NCBI GenBank assembly: GCA_965203965.1
Contig: CBDBDR010000017.1
Coordinates: 32,001-96,000, forward strand
Source: Thermodesulfobacteriota bacterium
GTDB taxonomy: Bacteria > Desulfobacterota_D > UBA1144 > Nemesobacterales > JAJCZQ01
DNA length: 64,000 bases
Direction: 5' to 3'
Part shown: positions 29,752-40,432 of the stretch, piece by piece
Numbering within the stretch: position 1 is the stretch's first letter
How the letters are laid out: every line of letters begins with the position of its first letter
Program-made: the position numbers and the translations under genes
Notes under the pieces: model-generated
What the model was told of the DNA's origin: nothing
The model's database searches: none
The model's input: only the letters and a program-made list of their open reading frames with translations

Positions 29752-32607
29752 TTAATAGATATTCCATGCTATGCCACTTTCCTCAATTCTGCTTACCACT
29801 TTCTTGATACTGAACGCTTGTTCAATTATCAGTTGTTGATTGACTTTGTGCATGGAGGACGAGCCCTCGGCAGGACTAGAATTGCGTTTTCTGCCTATGT
29901 AGTGGATGGGGTTCTGATAATTTGTTATTTTCCTTCTCAGGAAAGGGAGCATGTATTTCCACGCTCCCATGTTTTGAGGTTCTTCCTGAACCCATACCAG
30001 TTCTTTAATATTTGGATATCTTGAAACTACTTCCCTGATCTCTTCCTTGGGACGAGGGTAAAGTTGCTCTACTCTTGCAATGGCGATTTCAGGATGTTTT
30101 GCTCTGATCTGGCTGGAGGTCAGATCAAGGTATATCTTTCCACTGCACAGTATAAGCCTTGTTACCTTTACGGCTTGTTTATCACCCATAGGGTCGTCAA
30201 TTACAGGCATCCATTTGTTCTTTGAGAAGTCATTTAGAGATGAGGCAACTTTTGGATTTCTCAACAACCCTTTTGGTGTCATTACAACAAGCGGCAGGGG
30301 ATCAGTTTTAACTATAAGTGCCTGTCTCCTAATCAGATGGAAAAATTGTGCTGAAGTAGTGCAGTTGGCAATCCTAATGTTATGCTCACCTGCCATCATT
30401 AAAAACCTTTCAAGCCTCCCGCTTGAGTGGTCGGGTCCCTGTCCTTCATAAGCGTGCGGAAGTAGCAAGACAAGGGAAGGGGTCTGCCCCCATTTTGCTC
30501 TGGCTGATACAATATATTCATCAATTATTATTTGTGCACCATTGATGAAGTCACCATACTGGGCTTCCCATACCATAAGTGTATCGGATCTCTGAACGTC
30601 GTATCCATATTCAAAACCTATGCAGGCATTTTCGCTCAATGGGCTGTTGTGTATTTCAAAAGATGCTTTTGCCTGTGGAATGTTCTGTAAAGGAATAAAT
30701 ATCTTACCATCATCAGAATCGTGCAAAACTGCATGCCTGTGGCTGAAAGTTCCTCGCTCGGTGTCTTGTCCCGTAATTCGTATTGGTATCCCATCGGCAA
30801 GGATAGAAGCATAAGCCAAATCCTCAGCCGTTGCCCAGTCAATTGTTGCAGCCCCAGGATCATTCATAATATTGATTCGTTTGTCTCTGTTTTTTTTGAT
30901 TTTATCGTTCACCATAAAATTTTCAGGAACTTGAAGCAATGATTTGTTCAATTCCTTCAAAAGTTTGGCGGGAACTGAGGTCTTTGTTGTTTGGGCAGTG
31001 CGTGGCAAGGGAGGTGTGGACTGGGTCTCCTCGGGCATATCGTCTGGAGTCAGCGACTCATATTCTTTGTGCAGGGTCTCATTCTGCTCTCGAACAAGTT
31101 GATCTGCAAGAGTTTCATTTATTACGTTTCTCTTTATGAGTCTGTTAGCCCATATTTCTCTGACCGTCGGGTGAGAGTTTACCTTTGAATACATCGCGGG
31201 CTGTGTAAATGAAGGCTCATCAGCTTCGTTGTGACCATGTCTCCTGTAACCAACCAGATCTATCAGGAAGTCTTTTTTGAAATTTCTTATATATGCAAAA
31301 GCCAATCTTATTGTTTCTATACATGCTTCTGGGTCGTCAGCATTGACGTGGACTATGGGTATTTCAAATCCTTTTGCCAGATCGCAACTGTATAAAGTAC
31401 TTCTTGCGTCGGAGGGTAAAGTGGTATAACCCAACTGGTTATTAGTGATAATGTGTATTGTCCCCCCGGTATAGTACCCATTTAGCCTTGATAGATTCAG
31501 GGTTTCTGCGTTAATACCCTGACCTGGGAAAGCTGCGTCTCCATGTATCTGAACGGGAATAGCTATTGATGGATTGAATTCCGGTTCGCCCGGTTTATCA
31601 GATACTGTTCCCGCAGCTCTTGCCATTCCCTGAACAACTGGGTTCACGGATTCCAGATGGCTTGGGTTGGGAGCGAGGTTAATTATCATGTTTATGGTTC
31701 TGCCGTTGTCAACTGATCTGCTTGCAGATTCATGGTATTTGACGTCACCAGTCCACCCCATATCATCTCTGAAATCTCTTTCAAGCACGGGATCCTTAAA
31801 TTTAATGAAGGTGTGTTTGTAAGTTTTATTCAGAACGTGATGCATTACGTTCAGCCTGCCGCGATGTGCCATTCCCAGGATGATATTGTGAATATCATCT
31901 TTTGCGGCTAAAGATATCAGTTCATTCAACATCGGGACGACTAGGTCAACACCTTCAATAGAAAACCTGAATTTGCCCGGGAAAATCCTTTGAAGAAAAT
32001 CCTCAAACACCTCTACTTGTGTGAGGATTTTCAACATCTGTATCGGTTCAATGGGGTTTGACGGCGCCCGGAATAGGCCAGTTTCAATAGCTTCCCTTAA
32101 CCATTTTCTTTCTTCTGCATTGTAAATGTGATCGTAGTTGTATCCGATTGTGGATGAATATATTTTCCTGAGTTTCTTTATCCCTTCATAGGAATTAGAT
32201 GACCTATCTGCAGTTGGCCAACCAACCAGATCGGCAGGCAGTTTTTTTAAGTCTTGTTCAGTTAATTCGTGCATTGCAGGATTTAAAGTGGGGTCTCCCG
32301 GCGGTTTGCCTCCGAGGGGATCAATATTGCTTTCCATGTGTCCATGGCTTCTAATGGATCTGGCAAGATTTGAAACTGAAACTGCTTTTTTTATGTCAAT
32401 GTGGTCCCGTGAGACAACATCACAACCAATATTAGGAAAAGTTCTATCTGATTTTGACAAATCATCCGAGCCATTTAGGTCAGGATTCCATTTGTCAAAT
32501 ATCTTTCTGGTTTTTTCATCAATTGAGGATGGATTTTGTAAATACAGTTCATATAACCCAATAATATAGCCAGAATTAGGTCCATGAAACTCATCTGTAA
32601 GACTCAT
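29752..32607 (-). CDS. sucA: 2-oxoglutarate dehydrogenase E1
   Basis: [41 protein letters not shown]. Confidence 0.97.
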   Translation of the reverse strand: MSLTDEFHGPNSGYIIGLYELYLQNPSSIDEKTRKIFDKWNPDLNGSDDLSKSDRTFPNIGCDVVSRDHIDIKKAVSVSNLARSIRSHGHMESNIDPLGGKPPGDPTLNPAMHELTEQDLKKLPADLVGWPTADRSSNSYEGIKKLRKIYSSTIGYNYDHIYNAEERKWLREAIETGLFRAPSNPIEPIQMLKILTQVEVFEDFLQRIFPGKFRFSIEGVDLVVPMLNELISLAAKDDIHNIILGMAHRGRLNVMHHVLNKTYKHTFIKFKDPVLERDFRDDMGWTGDVKYHESASRSVDNGRTINMIINLAPNPSHLESVNPVVQGMARAAGTVSDKPGEPEFNPSIAIPVQIHGDAAFPGQGINAETLNLSRLNGYYTGGTIHIITNNQLGYTTLPSDARSTLYSCDLAKGFEIPIVHVNADDPEACIETIRLAFAYIRNFKKDFLIDLVGYRRHGHNEADEPSFTQPAMYSKVNSHPTVREIWANRLIKRNVINETLADQLVREQNETLHKEYESLTPDDMPEETQSTPPLPRTAQTTKTSVPAKLLKELNKSLLQVPENFMVNDKIKKNRDKRINIMNDPGAATIDWATAEDLAYASILADGIPIRITGQDTERGTFSHRHAVLHDSDDGKIFIPLQNIPQAKASFEIHNSPLSENACIGFEYGYDVQRSDTLMVWEAQYGDFINGAQIIIDEYIVSARAKWGQTPSLVLLLPHAYEGQGPDHSSGRLERFLMMAGEHNIRIANCTTSAQFFHLIRRQALIVKTDPLPLVVMTPKGLLRNPKVASSLNDFSKNKWMPVIDDPMGDKQAVKVTRLILCSGKIYLDLTSSQIRAKHPEIAIARVEQLYPRPKEEIREVVSRYPNIKELVWVQEEPQNMGAWKYMLPFLRRKITNYQNPIHYIGRKRNSSPAEGSSSMHKVNQQLIIEQAFSIKKVVSRIEESGIAWNIY

Positions 32608-32756
32608 CTTTTCCTCTTTTTAACAAACGTTTTCTGCTGAATAATATATAAAACCGCTTAAATGTTATCACATAAAATTATAAAATAAACTTGCTAAGTC
32701 GATGAATTCACACATAAAAATAAGCATAAAACCTACTAAAAAAGTTTTCACTTGTT

Positions 32757-34055
32757 TTATTCATCAGCAGAAATGTCGTTTGAGTCCCCAAGCTCCAGTA
32801 ACTTGACTGATTCATTCGCTGGCATTTCTTCAACGTTTTTAAGCTTTCTCTCTATTGCCCTTGTGCGAGTGCCGGATATTGTATCTATCGTTCTTGATGC
32901 CGTCTCAAGTTGTTTCTTGGCTGTTTCCAGCATGCCTCCAAATTTACCAAATTCGGTTTTTACCGCCGAAAGAATTTGCCATACCTCGCTTGAGCGTTTT
33001 TCAATTGCCAGTGTTTTAAAACCCATTCGCAGGCTGTTAAGTAAGGCGGCAAGCGTGGTGGGACCTGCCAAAACCACCCTGTGTAGATTTTGCAATTCGT
33101 CAACTACTCCCGGCTGTCTTAGTACTTCCGAATACAGTCCTTCCGTGGGTAGGAACATGATCGCAAAGTCAGTTGTATAAGTGGGATCTATATACTTATG
33201 CCCAATGTCCTTTGCAGAGTTTTGTATGTTCCTTCTAAGGGACTTGGTTGATTCATCAACGGCTTTGGTATCTGCTGATTCCACGGCGTTCAGCAATCTC
33301 TGGTAATCCTCTTGGGGAAACTTGGAATCTATCGGCAACCAGATATTTGATGAATCATCCTGTCCCGGTAGCTTTATGGCATACTCAACTATTTCACCGG
33401 AACTTGGCTTTGTCTCTACATTTTTTTCAAACTGATCACTTGTTAATATTTGCTCCAATATAGCTCCCAACTGGTATTCTCCCCATGTGCCACGCGCTTT
33501 TACATTGGTCAGCATTCGTTTGAGATCTCCTACACCAGTGGCAAGGGTCTGCATATCTCCCAAGCCTCTTTGGACGGCTTCAAGACGCTCACTCACCAGT
33601 TTGAATGACTCCCCAAGCCGTTTTTCCAGAGTACTTTGCAATTTTTCATCCACGGTCTGTCTCATTTGCTCCAACTTTTTCTCGTTATTTTCCGACAGTA
33701 ATCTCATCTGATTATCAACGGTTTCCCTTAGCTTATTAGAATGATTTTCATTGGATTCAACAAGTGACTTGACCCTACTTTCTACGGCGTTTAGGTTTTC
33801 CATCTGTGTTTTACTCGTTTCACTAATTATCTTGATAACCGTATCAGTGGTTGCCTTTTGTGTTTCTGCAACTTCTTGCCTGAGTCTCTTGGAGTCCTCT
33901 GTAAATTCCTGACGGTTAATTTGAAACTCTCCCCTGACAATTTCACTTATTGTTTCTTTGTCAATTCCACTTCCTGATCTTTTTTGAATTGCAATTAAAA
34001 TTACAAAAAGCAGGATGATGTTAATGGTTAGTAATATGGTTGCAGGAGATAACAC
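32757..34055 (-). CDS. rmuC: DNA recombination protein RmuC
   Basis: N-terminal TM, coiled coil, RGTWGE, PIDSKFP, FAIMFLPTEGLY. Confidence 0.93.
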   Translation of the reverse strand: MLSPATILLTINIILLFVILIAIQKRSGSGIDKETISEIVRGEFQINRQEFTEDSKRLRQEVAETQKATTDTVIKIISETSKTQMENLNAVESRVKSLVESNENHSNKLRETVDNQMRLLSENNEKKLEQMRQTVDEKLQSTLEKRLGESFKLVSERLEAVQRGLGDMQTLATGVGDLKRMLTNVKARGTWGEYQLGAILEQILTSDQFEKNVETKPSSGEIVEYAIKLPGQDDSSNIWLPIDSKFPQEDYQRLLNAVESADTKAVDESTKSLRRNIQNSAKDIGHKYIDPTYTTDFAIMFLPTEGLYSEVLRQPGVVDELQNLHRVVLAGPTTLAALLNSLRMGFKTLAIEKRSSEVWQILSAVKTEFGKFGGMLETAKKQLETASRTIDTISGTRTRAIERKLKNVEEMPANESVKLLELGDSNDISADE

Positions 34056-34100
34056 TTTATATCACCTAAAGTTGTATCCATTTTAGGAAATTAAAACAGC

Positions 34101-35885
34101 TCATACCGGATCGCTTTTTATCCCTAACTCATTCAACTGCTCAACGGTTATTTCCGTAGGGGCTTCCGTAAACGGGCAGGCGCCTTTCTGAGTTTTGGGA
34201 AACGCAATTACGTCGCGTATTGAATCCCTTCCCGCAAGCAACATAACTATTCTGTCAAGACCGAGTGCAATCCCGCCATGCGGAGGTGCACCAAACTCCA
34301 ACGCACTAAGCAGAAAACCGAACTTGTCATTTGCTTCTTCCTTGCTTAATCCAATTGTGTTAAAAATTTTTTCTTGAACATCCTTTCTGTGCACCCTGAT
34401 GCTGCCCCCACCAATCTCAACTCCGTTTAGTACAACGTCGTATGCTTTTGATAAAACTTTTGTGGGGTCCTTTTCTATCAACTCAAGATGCTCATCCTTT
34501 GGTGATGTGAATGGATGGTGAAGTGCAACATATCTTTTTTCATTCAAGTCGTGGTCAAACAGTGGAAAGTCAACTATCCAGACAAAATCAAATTTGCTGC
34601 TATCAATTAATTTAAGTTTTTCTCCGAGTCTAATTCTCAGATTTGATAGGACAAGATTCACAATGGGACTGCTATCTGCACTGAAAAAGACAATGTCACC
34701 GGGTTCCACGTTAAGTTTTTCCTTAAAGGTTTTAATTTCTTTGTCAGAGAAAAATTTTATGATCGGCGATTGAAGTTCCTTTTCCGTTGCCTTTATCCAC
34801 GCAAGCCCTTTAGCTCCGAGAGATATAGCTTCTTCTGTCAGATCATCTATATCTTTTCTGGATAGTTCATCACCTTTTGCCTTTGCGTTCAGAGCTTTTA
34901 CTATGCCTCCTTTATCCAATACCGCCTTGAATACTTTAAATTTCGAGTTTTCAAAAATTTCCGTCACGTCTTCAAGTTCAAGTCCAAATCTTGTATCAGG
35001 TCTATCAGTTCCATACCTGGATACTGCTTCATCATAAGACATTTTAGGAAAGGGAAGAGAAGGTTTTTTACCTTTTGCAATCTCATAGATTGAGCATAAA
35101 ATACCTTCCACTACAGACATTACGTCATTTTCATCAACAAACGACATCTCAAGGTCAATTTGGGTAAATTCTGGCTGGCGATCTGCACGTAGATCCTCAT
35201 CGCGAAAGCATTTTACGATCTGATAATACTTGTCAAATCCCGATACCATGAGAGTCTGCTTTAATACCTGGGGAGATTGAGGTAGGGCGTAAAACTGTCC
35301 ATCGTTTAACCTGCTTGGCACCAGAAAATCTCTTGCACCTTCGGGAGTTGACTTGGTCAGACAAGGGGTTTCAATTTCTATAAATCCCTCAGAATTGAGA
35401 TGATTTCTTGTCGCTGTAACCATACTGTGTCTTAATAACAGACATTTCTGCATTGATGGTCTTCTGAGGTCAAGATACCTATATTTAAGCCTCAGTAACT
35501 CATCAACGTTGACTTCATCCTCTATAAGAAAAGGAATAATTTCTGAGGTGTTCAGTATCTTTACGTCGTCAGCTATTACTTCAATTTCGCCGGTTTTGAT
35601 ATTTGGATTGACTGTTCCCCCAGTTCTTTCTGCTACTTTACCCGTTATGGCAAGCACCCATTCGTTTCTGATATTTTCAGCTATTTTGTGTGTATCCAGA
35701 TTGTGTTCGGGGTTAAATACTATCTGGCATATTCCTTCTCTGTCTCTCAGATCTATAAATATCAACCCCCCATGATCCCTGCTGGACTGAACCCATCCCA
35801 TAAGTGTAATTTCTTTTCCGACTTGTTTCTTATCAACGTTTCCGCAGTATGTAGTTCTTCTCCAACTACCGAGCAGGTCCAGCAT
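34101..35885 (-). CDS. aspS: Aspartate--tRNA ligase, likely non-discriminating (Asp/Asn)
   Basis: TPEGARDFLVP, FRDEDLRADRQPEF, GAPPHGG; the His in RDHGG is typical of non-discriminating enzymes. Confidence 0.96.
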   Translation of the reverse strand: MLDLLGSWRRTTYCGNVDKKQVGKEITLMGWVQSSRDHGGLIFIDLRDREGICQIVFNPEHNLDTHKIAENIRNEWVLAITGKVAERTGGTVNPNIKTGEIEVIADDVKILNTSEIIPFLIEDEVNVDELLRLKYRYLDLRRPSMQKCLLLRHSMVTATRNHLNSEGFIEIETPCLTKSTPEGARDFLVPSRLNDGQFYALPQSPQVLKQTLMVSGFDKYYQIVKCFRDEDLRADRQPEFTQIDLEMSFVDENDVMSVVEGILCSIYEIAKGKKPSLPFPKMSYDEAVSRYGTDRPDTRFGLELEDVTEIFENSKFKVFKAVLDKGGIVKALNAKAKGDELSRKDIDDLTEEAISLGAKGLAWIKATEKELQSPIIKFFSDKEIKTFKEKLNVEPGDIVFFSADSSPIVNLVLSNLRIRLGEKLKLIDSSKFDFVWIVDFPLFDHDLNEKRYVALHHPFTSPKDEHLELIEKDPTKVLSKAYDVVLNGVEIGGGSIRVHRKDVQEKIFNTIGLSKEEANDKFGFLLSALEFGAPPHGGIALGLDRIVMLLAGRDSIRDVIAFPKTQKGACPFTEAPTEITVEQLNELGIKSDPV

Positions 35886-35948
35886 CTCGCACCTCTGAAA
35901 TTGGCTGAAAAAATAGGAATACTAACCTTAACAAGCTATATTAGCAAG

Positions 35949-36872
35949 ATGGATCCAAACTCCCTTACGTATAAAGTTGAGCAAACAGACAATTTCAGAT
36001 CGGGCTTTATAGCTGTAGTCGGCAGGCCGAATGTTGGTAAGTCAACAATTGTCAATTCAATTGTCGGTCGGAAAGTTGCAGCAGTTTCAAACAAGCCGAA
36101 TACAACTAGGAACCGTATAACGGGCATTCGGACTTGTACAGATTCCCAACTTGTGTTTCTTGATACACCGGGAATACATAAAACCAAAGGCAAACTGCAA
36201 AAAGCCATGGTTCAAACCTCAATGAACTCAATTGCGGAAGCAGATGTGTTGCTACTGGTAATTGATGCAGAGCGTCCCTTTGTTCAAGGTGATAAGTTTA
36301 TAATAGAGAATCTTTCCAAACCTTGCATTCTGGCTATTAACAAAATTGATCTTGTAAAAAAATCAGCAATTCTGGAGATACTCAACTCCACAGTTGAGTA
36401 TGGAGATAAATTTAAAGAAAGTGTGCCTGTATCAGCGGTTGAGCATGACGGGATAGGAGAACTTGTAAATGTAATAGCAGGTGAACTACCTGAAGGAAAA
36501 AAATATTTTCCCGATGAAATATACACCGATCAGCCAGAGAGGTTTCTTATTGCAGAGATAATAAGGGAAAAGATATTTAACCTAACTAGAGATGAAATTC
36601 CCTATAAGACAGCTGTTTTAGTAGAGGAATTCAAAGAAAACCCCCACAAGGGTATCATAAGGATCTCTGCAACTATATATGTGGAAAGAAAGAGCCACAA
36701 GGGAATAATCATTGGGAAAAAAGGTGAACTGCTTAAAAAAGCTGGGAACCAGTCAAGGTTAGAGATTGAGAGTATACTCGGCACAAAAGTTTTTATGGAA
36801 CTTTGGGTTAAAGTAAAGGAAAGGTGGACGGAGAATGAAAGTCTTATAAGAGACATTGGTTATCTGAGTTGA
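35949..36872 (+). CDS. era: GTPase Era
   Basis: GRPNVGKST, DTPG, NKID, KH domain with IIGKKG; start moved to ATG 35949 because the ORF-track start overlaps aspS. Confidence 0.95.
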   Translation: MDPNSLTYKVEQTDNFRSGFIAVVGRPNVGKSTIVNSIVGRKVAAVSNKPNTTRNRITGIRTCTDSQLVFLDTPGIHKTKGKLQKAMVQTSMNSIAEADVLLLVIDAERPFVQGDKFIIENLSKPCILAINKIDLVKKSAILEILNSTVEYGDKFKESVPVSAVEHDGIGELVNVIAGELPEGKKYFPDEIYTDQPERFLIAEIIREKIFNLTRDEIPYKTAVLVEEFKENPHKGIIRISATIYVERKSHKGIIIGKKGELLKKAGNQSRLEIESILGTKVFMELWVKVKERWTENESLIRDIGYLS

Positions 36873-37067
36873 AGTAAGAAACACCTAGAGTTTCCATGAA
36901 AAATCAAGACAAGTGGCAACCAAGTAAGTATGTATTCAATCTAGCAAAACACCCTAACAGCAATCAATTCCTCTGCGCTCTATATGCGAAGTACTATGTG
37001 TGAAACCGCAACTGATAACCGTAGCATTTTCAGAAAAATCATCTTTCATAACCTGTTTTGATTAATG

Positions 37068-37859
37068 CTATTTTCCTTCAAAGATCGGTTTTCTTTTTTC
37101 TACAAATGCTTTTCTACCTTCCTTGTAGTCCTTACTGTTTTGCACTTTGTGAAATAGAGACTGTATTAGCTTCTCGTCTTTCGGTGTAACCTTCTGATTT
37201 CTTTGACAGATGTTGATCAGTTGTTTCATCGTGCTTAACGAAAGTGGGGCATTCTCGGATATTTCAACCGCGAGATTATTGGTAAATTCCTCTATTTTTT
37301 CTTTACTCACAACATGGTTGACCAGTCCAATTTTCTCTGCTTTTACTGCGTCTATGGATTTGCCAATTAGAAAAAGTTCCTTGGTGTAGCCAACGCCGAT
37401 TAGGTTCAGAAATTTTTTTGTGCCTGAATAAGAGTAAACTACTCCCAACTTGGCAGGTGGGATACCAATCTTTGCCGTATCAACACAAACTCTCAAGTCA
37501 CAGGTTATTGCAAGCTCAAGACCAGCACCGAAGGTGTGTCCATTCATCATTGCGATTACTGGATATGGAAGATTTTCTATTGCCTTGAGGCATTCCTCAA
37601 GCGGATGCTCACTTCTAAATTCACGCATCATGTCATCATCCCGAATGGATATGATGTCATAACCGGAGCAAAAGACTTTGTTGTCAGCACCTTTAAACAC
37701 CAAGCATCTTATTTTGGAGTCTGAAGATATACTTAACAGCGTATCCGTGATCTCGTTCAACATAGTATGAGACAATGCATTGCTCCTTCCCGGGTTGTTA
37801 AGAGTTATGGTGATGATTGATTCTGAGTTGGTAACGGCTATTTCTTTAAAAGTGGTCAT
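37068..37859 (-). CDS. Enoyl-CoA hydratase/isomerase family protein
   Basis: FCSGYDI, GAGLELAITCDLR, EGRKAFVEKRKP. Confidence 0.9.
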   Translation of the reverse strand: MTTFKEIAVTNSESIITITLNNPGRSNALSHTMLNEITDTLLSISSDSKIRCLVFKGADNKVFCSGYDIISIRDDDMMREFRSEHPLEECLKAIENLPYPVIAMMNGHTFGAGLELAITCDLRVCVDTAKIGIPPAKLGVVYSYSGTKKFLNLIGVGYTKELFLIGKSIDAVKAEKIGLVNHVVSKEKIEEFTNNLAVEISENAPLSLSTMKQLINICQRNQKVTPKDEKLIQSLFHKVQNSKDYKEGRKAFVEKRKPIFEGK

Positions 37860-38054
37860 ATAATTATGAGATGCAGGTTAAAGTGGTTTAAAAAATTATT
37901 ACAAAACATATAGGACAAAAATTGAATTGTGTTACTTACTCTATAACAACTATAGCAGAAATAAAGAGGAAGCAGTTTTAAGTTTTATGCGGTTGGTTGT
38001 AAAACCATTAGGAATTGAAAAGCGGGGTTTCGCTATTATTATACTAAAAATCTG

Positions 38055-38372
38055 ATGGCAAGATTAGTAGGCTTTACTAATAATGATGATCCCCAATCTC
38101 TCTATAACATGCGAGAGCTGTTAATTCATAGAGATTTTTATGTTAAGGATGATATTTTTTGTGATAGTAATGTATGTGCGTCCCGAGTTCATAAGAATAT
38201 TCTGCAACGTTATAAGCAACCTGTTATAGAAAACCAAGTTTGTATATGGATTGAGGGAGAATTTTACAATCTGAAAGGTTCGACAAACCATGCCGAAGTT
38301 ATAGCACGGTATTTTACTCTTGAAGTATGGTTGCAGCAGGTTTTTGAGGGGAGATATCGTAAGGAACATTAG
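38055..38372 (+). pseudogene. Internally deleted asparagine-synthase-related (Ntn amidotransferase-like) gene relic
   Basis: N-terminal LVGF...IWIEGEFYN (GExYN) joined to TLEVWLQQ, a motif typical of the family C-terminus; only 105 aa. Confidence 0.55.
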
Positions 38373-38467
38373 AGTTTGGTCTAACCCCAGTTGATACACA
38401 ACAGTTATATTAATTAGATTATCTGAAAATAGCTGTTACATTAATAAGTTTTTAATGGAGGGTATAT

Positions 38468-38962
38468 ATGCCTCTTTATGAATATGAATGTGATAGTTGC
38501 ATTCAGGAGTATAATAAAGATATTGACGACCTTGTTCAGAAACTGAACAAGACAAACGTAGCTAAAACTATTAAAAGGAACCCGAATATTTCTTTTATTG
38601 AAGTTGCACAAGAGGGAAAAAAAGGTTTTTCAATAGGGAAGAAAGGTACACCCGGTATAAGAAGGTTCAGATATACAGTTGATAAGAAAATATTGTATAT
38701 GGAGCTTAAAAACTTCCGCTTTAGTGAACTTATAACGAACAAGAGTGATGAAAAGAACCTTATTTGTCCATTGTGTAGTGAAGGCAAGTTTGTAAGAAGA
38801 GTTTTCTCAACGTTCAAAGCCATATTTGACGATAAGAACAAAAGAGCACCGCGGCCCGGGGACGATATTAAATTTCACATGGACTACAAAGTCCAAAAAG
38901 ATGAAGAGAAGAAAAGTAGCTGGGTTGGGCACGATTACTTGAATCAATACTTTAACAGATAG
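38468..38962 (+). CDS. FmdB-like zinc-ribbon protein with large insertion
   Basis: MPLYEYECDSC...RFSEL...CPLC...RRVFS. Confidence 0.75.
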   Translation: MPLYEYECDSCIQEYNKDIDDLVQKLNKTNVAKTIKRNPNISFIEVAQEGKKGFSIGKKGTPGIRRFRYTVDKKILYMELKNFRFSELITNKSDEKNLICPLCSEGKFVRRVFSTFKAIFDDKNKRAPRPGDDIKFHMDYKVQKDEEKKSSWVGHDYLNQYFNR

Positions 38963-38973
38963 GGAGTGAAAAA

Positions 38974-39456
38974 ATGCCTCTTTACGAGTTTGAATGTGTA
39001 AAATGCAGGAGCAATGTTGAGAAGTCCTTGAGAGTTTTAAAAAAGAAAAGGGATAAAAGAACGGTTGCCGACCTGATAGGTAAGTATGGAAATATTAACG
39101 CTATTGAGGTTGTTGATCTCAATAAAAATAAGGTGATTGCAAAACACGGCAAGAAAGGTGACAAATCTGTTTTTATGGATTTTTATCAAGACGACGGTGA
39201 AATACTTATTCTTATAAATCTCACAAACTACAGGTTTTCCGAGTTGGTCTATGAACCAGAGGATGAGAAGAAAGTAAAATGCTCCTGTGGTGAAAAAAAG
39301 AAAGTTGAAAAGGTAGTTTCAAGTTTTGCATTTACAAGCGACCTTTCAACGGATATGCCAAAGCCCGATCTTTCCAACCTACCACCCTCCGTCAGGAACA
39401 GAACGTATTTAGGAGATTATATAGAGGAAAAGGATAGACCAAAGAAAAATAGGTAG
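38974..39456 (+). CDS. FmdB-like zinc-ribbon protein with large insertion (paralog)
   Basis: MPLYEFECVKC...RFSEL...KCSCG...EKVVS. Confidence 0.75.
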   Translation: MPLYEFECVKCRSNVEKSLRVLKKKRDKRTVADLIGKYGNINAIEVVDLNKNKVIAKHGKKGDKSVFMDFYQDDGEILILINLTNYRFSELVYEPEDEKKVKCSCGEKKKVEKVVSSFAFTSDLSTDMPKPDLSNLPPSVRNRTYLGDYIEEKDRPKKNR

Positions 39457-39460
39457 CAGG

Positions 39461-40114
39461 CTAATCCAAAGTGTAATCGGCTTTCTTTTTGCCAAATCTT
39501 CTTTCCATCTCAGTGTTTATATCTTCCGGACTGAGTCCCAGTTTGGAAAGTAATACAAGTGAATGAAACCACAGATCGGTAATCTCGTAGATAAGTTCTT
39601 TTTCAGACTGGTTCTTTGCGGCTATTATTGTCTCACCTGCTTCTTCGCCGACTTTTTTTAGTATCTTGTCCATGCCTTTGCTGAGAAGTCCACTCACGTA
39701 AGAGTCTTTTACTGGGTTTTGCTTTCTGTTCTCAATGACGCTAAAAACTTTGGATATTGCCGAGTTGAATGAAGGTGCCATCTTTTTTTGGGAATCAAGA
39801 CTGGTGTGAAAGCAGCTTTTCTCTCCTGTATGGCAGGCATTCCCATTTTGTTCAACTATTATAAGCAACGTATCTTTATCACAATCCACGTATATTTGCC
39901 TAACTTTTTGAATGTTTCCTGATTCTTCACCCTTCCTCCATACTTTTTGTCTTGACCTGCTCCAGAAATGGGTGAAACCAGTCTCAAGGGTTAGTTTCAG
40001 TGTTGCGGCGTTTGTATAAGCGAGCATGAGCAACTGTCCGCTCTCATAATCTTGTATTATTACGGGTATCAGTCCATCTTCATTAAAATTTAACTCTTCA
40101 ATTTTCATACTCAC
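39461..40114 (-). CDS. hisIE: Bifunctional phosphoribosyl-AMP cyclohydrolase / phosphoribosyl-ATP pyrophosphatase
   Basis: [35 protein letters not shown]. Confidence 0.95.
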   Translation of the reverse strand: MSMKIEELNFNEDGLIPVIIQDYESGQLLMLAYTNAATLKLTLETGFTHFWSRSRQKVWRKGEESGNIQKVRQIYVDCDKDTLLIIVEQNGNACHTGEKSCFHTSLDSQKKMAPSFNSAISKVFSVIENRKQNPVKDSYVSGLLSKGMDKILKKVGEEAGETIIAAKNQSEKELIYEITDLWFHSLVLLSKLGLSPEDINTEMERRFGKKKADYTLD

Positions 40115-40196
40115 CTACTTTTTTCAAATGAATGTTTTTAATATATTGTAATTTATGTAATATGTAAAAATCTTATAACACGTGTTAGGAGTCGTT

Positions 40197-40406
40197 ATGG
40201 CAAGAGTAACAATAGAAGATTGTCTGGAAAAAGTAGAAAATCGGTTTGCACTTTCGGTATCTGCAATGAAAAGGGCAAAGCAGTTGGTAAACGGTGCTAT
40301 GCCACTTGCGTCAGAGAAGGATAACAAGCATGTTGTTGTCGCTCTCAGAGAGATAGCAGAAGAGAAAGTGAACATCATCTATCCTGAAGAACAAGACAAA
40401 TATTAG
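40197..40406 (+). CDS. rpoZ: RNA polymerase omega subunit
   Basis: [27 protein letters not shown]; aggag RBS. Confidence 0.95.
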   Translation: MARVTIEDCLEKVENRFALSVSAMKRAKQLVNGAMPLASEKDNKHVVVALREIAEEKVNIIYPEEQDKY

Positions 40407-40432
40407 AAACTCCTGAAGCAAAATTATCAATA

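Noticed and set aside
35688..35948. N-terminal extension of Era in the ORF track
   Set aside because: Overlaps aspS on the opposite strand. Similar over-extended starts were trimmed for ugd, topA, rpoZ, GT4, ribE and degP.
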